Virus record (IMG/VR): IMGVR_UViG_3300044984_002326
Span: 1 to 27,783 of that record
Reading direction: 5' to 3' (one strand)
Source of the DNA: a virus
Taxonomy: Duplodnaviria; Caudoviricetes
DNA: 27,783 nt
Shown here: positions 27,201 to 27,783 of the stretch, piece after piece
Numbering within the stretch: the first letter of the stretch is position 1
Layout of the letters: each line of letters begins with the position of its first letter
Translations under genes and position numbers: made by a program
Notes under the pieces: model-generated
Databases searched by the model: none
What the model was told of the DNA's origin: nothing
The model's input: only the letters and a program-made list of their open reading frames with translations

Positions 27201-27783
27201 GCGATCTCGGTCGGGGATCCGGTGGCCGTCTTTTGCTGGATGATGCGGAGGCCTTCGAAAGCCTTTTCCCAAGGCTCATACCTGGCAAGTTTGGCACCGT
27301 AAATATCGATAACCATCTGATCCTTGCCTGATGCGACAAACTCATTTTGCCAGATTTTGCCGTAATGCTCATTGCGCCATGTAACATAGTCGCCGGGGCT
27401 GCCCTTGCTTTTCCAGATTGCCTGGGCTGCGCGGTGTTGAGCGGCGTGGCGAACTTCCTCGTCGATCGACTTGGAAATCCAAACGCTTGTTTCCTCTTCG
27501 CTCATGTTCCGCTTTGCGGCGGCGGCCTTGAGTTGGTCGATGTTGATTACAATCGTGCCATCTTCGTGAGCGGCCGTCTTCTTATTCGGGTCGTTGGTAA
27601 TCTTGAGGCCGTCTCCAAGCATCTTCTTCGCTTTGGCGAGTGCTTTCTTGATTCTAACTTCAGGGCGATCGGTTGAGGTTGGTGCACCAGTGTTGGTCGG
27701 TGCATTTGCACCAGGCTGCACTTCTGCACCTAAATTGATTTCGGCGGTTTCCGGTGTTACATCGAGCACACTGTCAACTTTCT
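13301..27783 (-). CDS. Giant multidomain 'polyvalent' virion/ejection protein with DarB-like methyltransferase-helicase, 5' partial (>4,822 aa)
   Basis: The frame stays open upstream of the GTG at 27769 to the window edge (K-V-D-S-V-L...), so the real start is probably outside. Domain motifs are listed as separate features. Confidence 0.9.
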   Translation of the reverse strand, partial: KVDSVLDVTPETAEINLGAEVQPGANAPTNTGAPTSTDRPEVRIKKALAKAKKMLGDGLKITNDPNKKTAAHEDGTIVINIDQLKAAAAKRNMSEEETSVWISKSIDEEVRHAAQHRAAQAIWKSKGSPGDYVTWRNEHYGKIWQNEFVASGKDQMVIDIYGAKLARYEPWEKAFEGLRIIQQKTATGSPTEIAKFWANLRQETVDHLRAALKALKELVASGLSPELQVEIDAITAQLKEYDKANKPAKAAPAPKSAPQADASRWTFKEIADDLYNLGAGEISSLSDFSPKGPRGTTTNEMPSRQDLEGLFGKPFTEEEWIDLQNDYVGGRNFAESQAAEESAPTEPQEPKQPTQVTFVRNGETITGTFRIQSEKNGKIIVEVNGKNVLVDPSEIVEQPKPVSAKPQETSSKSPETPEWENFPEEFQSLGIPRAEMPQIKAEDRSAMVQFLKARGINYEADVMMRPSQLSPTQAEYSREKVEKAKSYEGGNRAILVSANGRVIDGHHQWLAALETDPDTPIKVIILEAPVMEILETVKQMPSVETAEGASAPAPAPAPAPIADFSQAEYAKRKRALNKAIKAKDWPTVVAKATADLEYFEKTVFPDDWSMWERAKEDAEQQISPRNYVEPILKPYVPASEAAPQAKPAPAPAAKPALSEGESALKNMFTDLVDGLETAELTDEFYQQPIPVAKMGQLIGAAQILISEGVTTPEGLAASLDRISPKLRVYSKAVWGGFVMANPSLQSDVKWLDVYAEIDAAKLDNQQQLEDSNSDETNQSNLGSEDQETGEQLEPGSKGSVDSKPGSDLDSPGDQKRSPNNGKASGGGKNTGSVGGRSPRPGNRSDSSASGPGEGSGSGPESSNAGTGASNTGNGTGVAGNQQPAYSGRPGYRLTDPEKIIGAKGPKDRFARNQKALETFDRVFSEGREPTPEELDAMAAYIGWGSFGQELFQGSWDRPNPKDEWTKESEWLREHLGQAGWESIRDSIINAHYTDPPHVKALWDIVQHLGFKGGRTLEPSMGIGNFFGLMPDVLRSKSSLTGIELDSVVGGMAKMLYPDANIRIMGYEKSATADNFYDLIIGNWPFHKEGPSDTRYNHLKLSLHDYFFVKALDQVRPGGLVVGITSSGTMDKKGQVARRQMAKRAKLVGAFRFPSGAFKGYAGTSVVTDVIILQKRTEQLSEAGNEEWIESERIGEKDKQFNANVYWRDNPTHILGEMKYGHGTTFGRAGMTVERPDNYETLLGSITDKLPAGIYTEGQQRPDRKEFFNRENGEPQNSVVYEDGSTANPKGFYIVRGEQLQPLSEVFKWEVKSEAETKKRSDQLSALLDLRKQVKELLTSQREDYPDTNSRRSEALATFNAFVKKHGSIKDSTMIKAFEKANDPMALTLLNLERKENGKTVPRDILLKDIMRRAVVDVRGNIQDAYAIQRNESISLDIARIAEISESTEQEVVDRLLDLNQIYKTPAGTWETGEEYLGGNVRRKLREAIDAKEQGFDMDRNIAALENIQPADVAYFEIEVQMGASWISKEDYLGYVSHLLGADPEMAEKNFTLTKASSGWNFKVNNDGLGRGTNAKEKYGVAQLPFAKIFQAAMNNTQVKVWNPKDDDGRVTLNDEATKIANGKVDTIREELAEWLWADPARTGRLSNDYNEVMNSEVTPKRNGDHLRLEGLALKMGNSEFDFRKHQKDAVWRFIMDGKGVGAHEVGTGKTFTMAGLAVEGRRLGKFRKTLIFAHNANSQAVYEEFQMAYPNGKFLYVDNLSPENRDSALRQIALDEWDAVIVPHSLIERFTLSEKTLMQIADKQIVALENEIAQELEDIGYNQELDLDDMKSVGMALKYVKDSSTAKELVKQRIAIRKRIADKAAKAQAEGAILFEDLGIDNIIVDEAHIFKKINLATRKVIKGLNKVESGIGWQMGAITDYVKGQNGGKGVYLFTGTPLTNNLNEAYNMMRFVMDEEMSDSGIDNFDDWFNSFAAAVSDVELTTGGTHEPVTRLLSFVNVPELARMAGRYFDVVLAKDMPEFKDRESTEGMTENPVGRPFKAVKTVISDMSPEQLAHKEQIRQQYVEYQAMDGKGKMLAMKMGRPTPITMEGQGTASALDYRLVDPTAPDYAGSKINMMLGNAMTHYNEHPESTQMIFMERGLNDYTDNDEIIRDEFGMPTYDDEGKARRRKVRRPKFNLARDIVEKLMAQGVAPEEIAILGNMSLDPIALRPNDPLRKVLKISAKLTKADIASLANQGKVRFMIGGTETMGTGVNAQRNLRAMHHLDAPWTPGALEQRNGRGWRQGNRWNTVNEYRYFAEGSHDGRRWQVLLNKVRFIYRFTQMLLNTEGQNNLRVLAGDGADMNEGGSSVADFEQSFSAAAGDPRLLLRAKLAADVNKLERKRDTHFRSIEKARESIRDLKKDEKYEKDQLEFFEKVIDVIKGTFTKDFEFQFLGKTYTERKKAEEAIANQPIPTSKDDGKILGKYGDNITLRLKWDSGSNQPIQWRIEIALPNGARHEMTLGAQSLGSLEGSMRGLMRNVSNRQERFGDFAKSIASLEEMLGKEFTRQPELDSKKKALLQILTELSQSPFPAPSWLRNGAPAGSLVYVDGEARDVEAHRWDKTGYWILLESENGGLVPVDYRKVMDEAGNRLFEDHPFEAPPDSKELTEEEIRGVLGGEFFLASPDDTSASGDGWFISGLFRDVGKWRIYNSDGDILGEGESAGEAYKAYLAETTETKPEEKEVEESQYDLAGFIQDARQGSKGSPQRIKLRRQLEGLEKALTRFDEQFEGQLLTPRQEMIKDQIREAEEELEELKRRPGLDYKEYDKLHAVQSKKLEGLDKKLRSGSGRENLVNKIKEVRKKLTDMEEEAMSQTQSTLIPYGFTKREDGGLETADLYDLPIEANPVELAKHLGKIYFTVLISDPETYVLRPNYFETKKDAEEARANDQIVIEQRREEAFQMIKAINEELFGKRLENADLSDEMPEFYSQLSRTITEKMPKTATPMQVLQIAKAGAKADEIKWSGLIPWLQGKEKVSKDDVLNWLATEGSVKFKEVTMGRSENQARIAELTAQIEARGYELQEEYGEYIIFNVEEDEDITYDDLPEDLQPLFDEIQELTGDEQELGVNDATKYAQYQLPGGENYREVVLAMPGGSQKSQKQLLEDAGFTFEQYGNNWYVQDPEGGVVSEGATLERAIEMTEYAPIEQGSIDYRSTHFPDVPNYVAHMRLNERSLPGKGYTVRNTKSGRTGPVFATLGEAEADMKQYPATYSLEIKEVNRDEKGLFIEEIQSDRHQAGRKKGYKGDFPENVLKAAIAGGMTEAAARADIDHLLEEPLSTAARPTGDQWKRLSDAVGSDVDLNEVFHDKREEGIADAPFRTSWPLQMFKRALRDAVRSGKDWIGWTTGETQNDRYNLSNHIKSIDWVTSKNSINRDVFIEPIGQNGFTFFVKPDGTVINNSGESAAGIVPDGSRLDEVIGKDVADLILSRESGELSGEGLNIGGKGMKGFYDTMLPKEIGKYVKQWGAKVEKAKLSEASEGMYILDAEDIGADVDSKQEVIIRHRVTLEGIADFESIRAAEDWLEKNDPTVRDFWKITITPELRKAVGAGQALYNAPLEDDLGEMGTLEEREEIRKQQAAFKEEGKVVGRPDLANPGMSEETRDLFDEEDEIRKLYANRETWAQWNKAGEKLANEDEDKVVRTWLAAALQADKAADAGGVEFDAQQLNPELVVAIRIIMERRAKQAGGDPAKLAKVAILRNAYRSARANIARVMAAGVDTLKKPEQRHREQLVNLITTLPEKDMRNIEERFGSGTKEQQAAKEQEIEKQTVDQIKRIEKELAKMGVTIDEVLNGEAFLSLSQNRIIRNITDKMDNASRLAVKLMQQGNGFDAIRRKTGLPDAKIEKIRADLYKKLEEKIRAKVEAGMTLEDMKDQMKGALESAALSGLTPEQVQAEIDRIISVGFGIPQSLQKKSGIPTAKKVPKKIEDDEDSLEAGANRIAQRWIDRLAISQSDTLAWKTAGKEDELNKLIRAHLAKPVPNFARIAQSLGATAEQARILDAEAATERGRKAAIREWKKQNPTKRKPKTLEPKKAYEVDWNRPEFSEGLEDYAFTTTERTDLMERVVELRLLTGITGTVESLTGKDRVKGDKLIEEMNVILAKYKTDALEMAQGKMKAANYRFDINDRRHVAIIARTIAAINASAIEKVQEYYYSSILSGLQTMIVNATGIVNSTYQAVVDRGFETMLNSVIGNKDNASLGEYQYLMKALRPGWARAWSNAISTWNTEIPFFEEDILNRPPDFQRIAEAGSSYRPGSIAGVKGRIIRTPSRILMATDDFLNTLRASAEVGAMAFRMAKKKGMTPGTEEFARFLQLEVNTPGSISWQMAADRALKGSFNAPLPGQPSTVQQSKKKSENVVPVRTAMDFVGFSLGKIQKALTPVELENSTTATLKTLTRMLFIPFIRVPFNIMQQGIERTVNPLSILDMSILIGSNLRVKNGKFTLNADGGKERLIEYASKQMQGVVLLAVLAALGEGDDDDLEKTILITGSRPYKDTKKGERELGYRMGLGPYTISIKMPGGKRLSVSYGRIEPFATMMGGTVDTLKAVKLRTSGKIGTGEMVGKALSGLTSQINEKTSLRGAADMLEILSGEGAIDKFAADRLSVIMPNFVKQALRESDPLFRERPTEFKDMLIAATFPSGEITGLPAKVNLYGQDQEKPGKTALGRIFDPTDTTVYGASEKTDKMLYNWIRQNPNADLVAPSSAGKTYTDPITKEKSVTMSADQYSKFVKVAGDRIKSQVKRTPFNIDNPTEMDIKRFREIVSDSREIAKRVLVMQEAWRNLK
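17000..18880 (-). other. Unassigned conserved-looking domain with EEIQSD motif (possibly GNAT-derived)
   Basis: Blocks FYSQL, EIKWSGL, YQLPGGENYREVVL, HFPDVPNYVAHMR, LFIEEIQSDRHQ, APFRTSW, KRALRDAVRSGKDWIGW, GMKGFYD. Confidence 0.5.
20600..23500 (-). other. SNF2-type superfamily 2 helicase domain (DarB-like)
   Basis: Walker A AHEVGTGKT (~22652-22678), DEAH (22115-22126), motif III FTGTP, motif V MGTGVNAQ, motif VI EQRNGRGWRQGN (~20915-20950). Confidence 0.9.
24050..25100 (-). other. N6-adenine DNA methyltransferase domain (DarB-like)
   Basis: YIGWG, NAHYT, SAM-binding LEPSMGIGNF (~24707-24736), GIELD, motif IV IIGNWPF (NWPF at 24527-24538), HDYFF.K.LD..RPGG, TMDK. Confidence 0.9.
26170..26500 (-). 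other. ParB/sulfiredoxin-like domain
   Basis: LSPTQ...AILVSANGRVIDGHHQWLAA (DGHHQW at 26255-26272), preceded by GIPRAEMPQI. Confidence 0.75.

Noticed and set aside
13725-27729. Many 60-360-aa ORFs overlapping the giant gene on either strand
   Set aside because: Antisense or alternate-frame shadows of a long GC3-biased gene with no recognisable motifs.

Overview
The window is the virion-morphogenesis region of a tailed phage or prophage (podovirus-like architecture), read almost entirely on the minus strand. In transcription order it holds: a giant >4,822-aa 'polyvalent' virion/ejection protein that is open past the right edge (degenerate zincin motif, ParB/Srx-like domain, DarB-like N6-adenine methyltransferase + SNF2 helicase, an unassigned EEIQSD domain, and a helical C-terminus); portal; a small protein; scaffold; a DUF4043-like major capsid protein followed by an intrinsic terminator; two small virion proteins; two adaptor-like paralogs; a pair of Thr-rich 12-residue-repeat genes (one acidic, one basic); and a modular tail-fibre gene open past the left edge and absent from the ORF track. 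A three-gene cassette on the plus strand interrupts the head module. The most unusual signals are (i) the charge-complementary acidic/basic TxT-repeat gene pair, whose separating in-frame stop falls at the predicted tip of a very long beta-hairpin, (ii) a recurring L-E-[TNS]-A-x-L motif at apparent domain boundaries of the giant protein, and (iii) the inverted cassette with a possible symmetric bidirectional leaderless promoter. All family assignments come from motif recognition by eye; no searches were run. No terminase, integrase, tRNA, rRNA or CRISPR array was seen.
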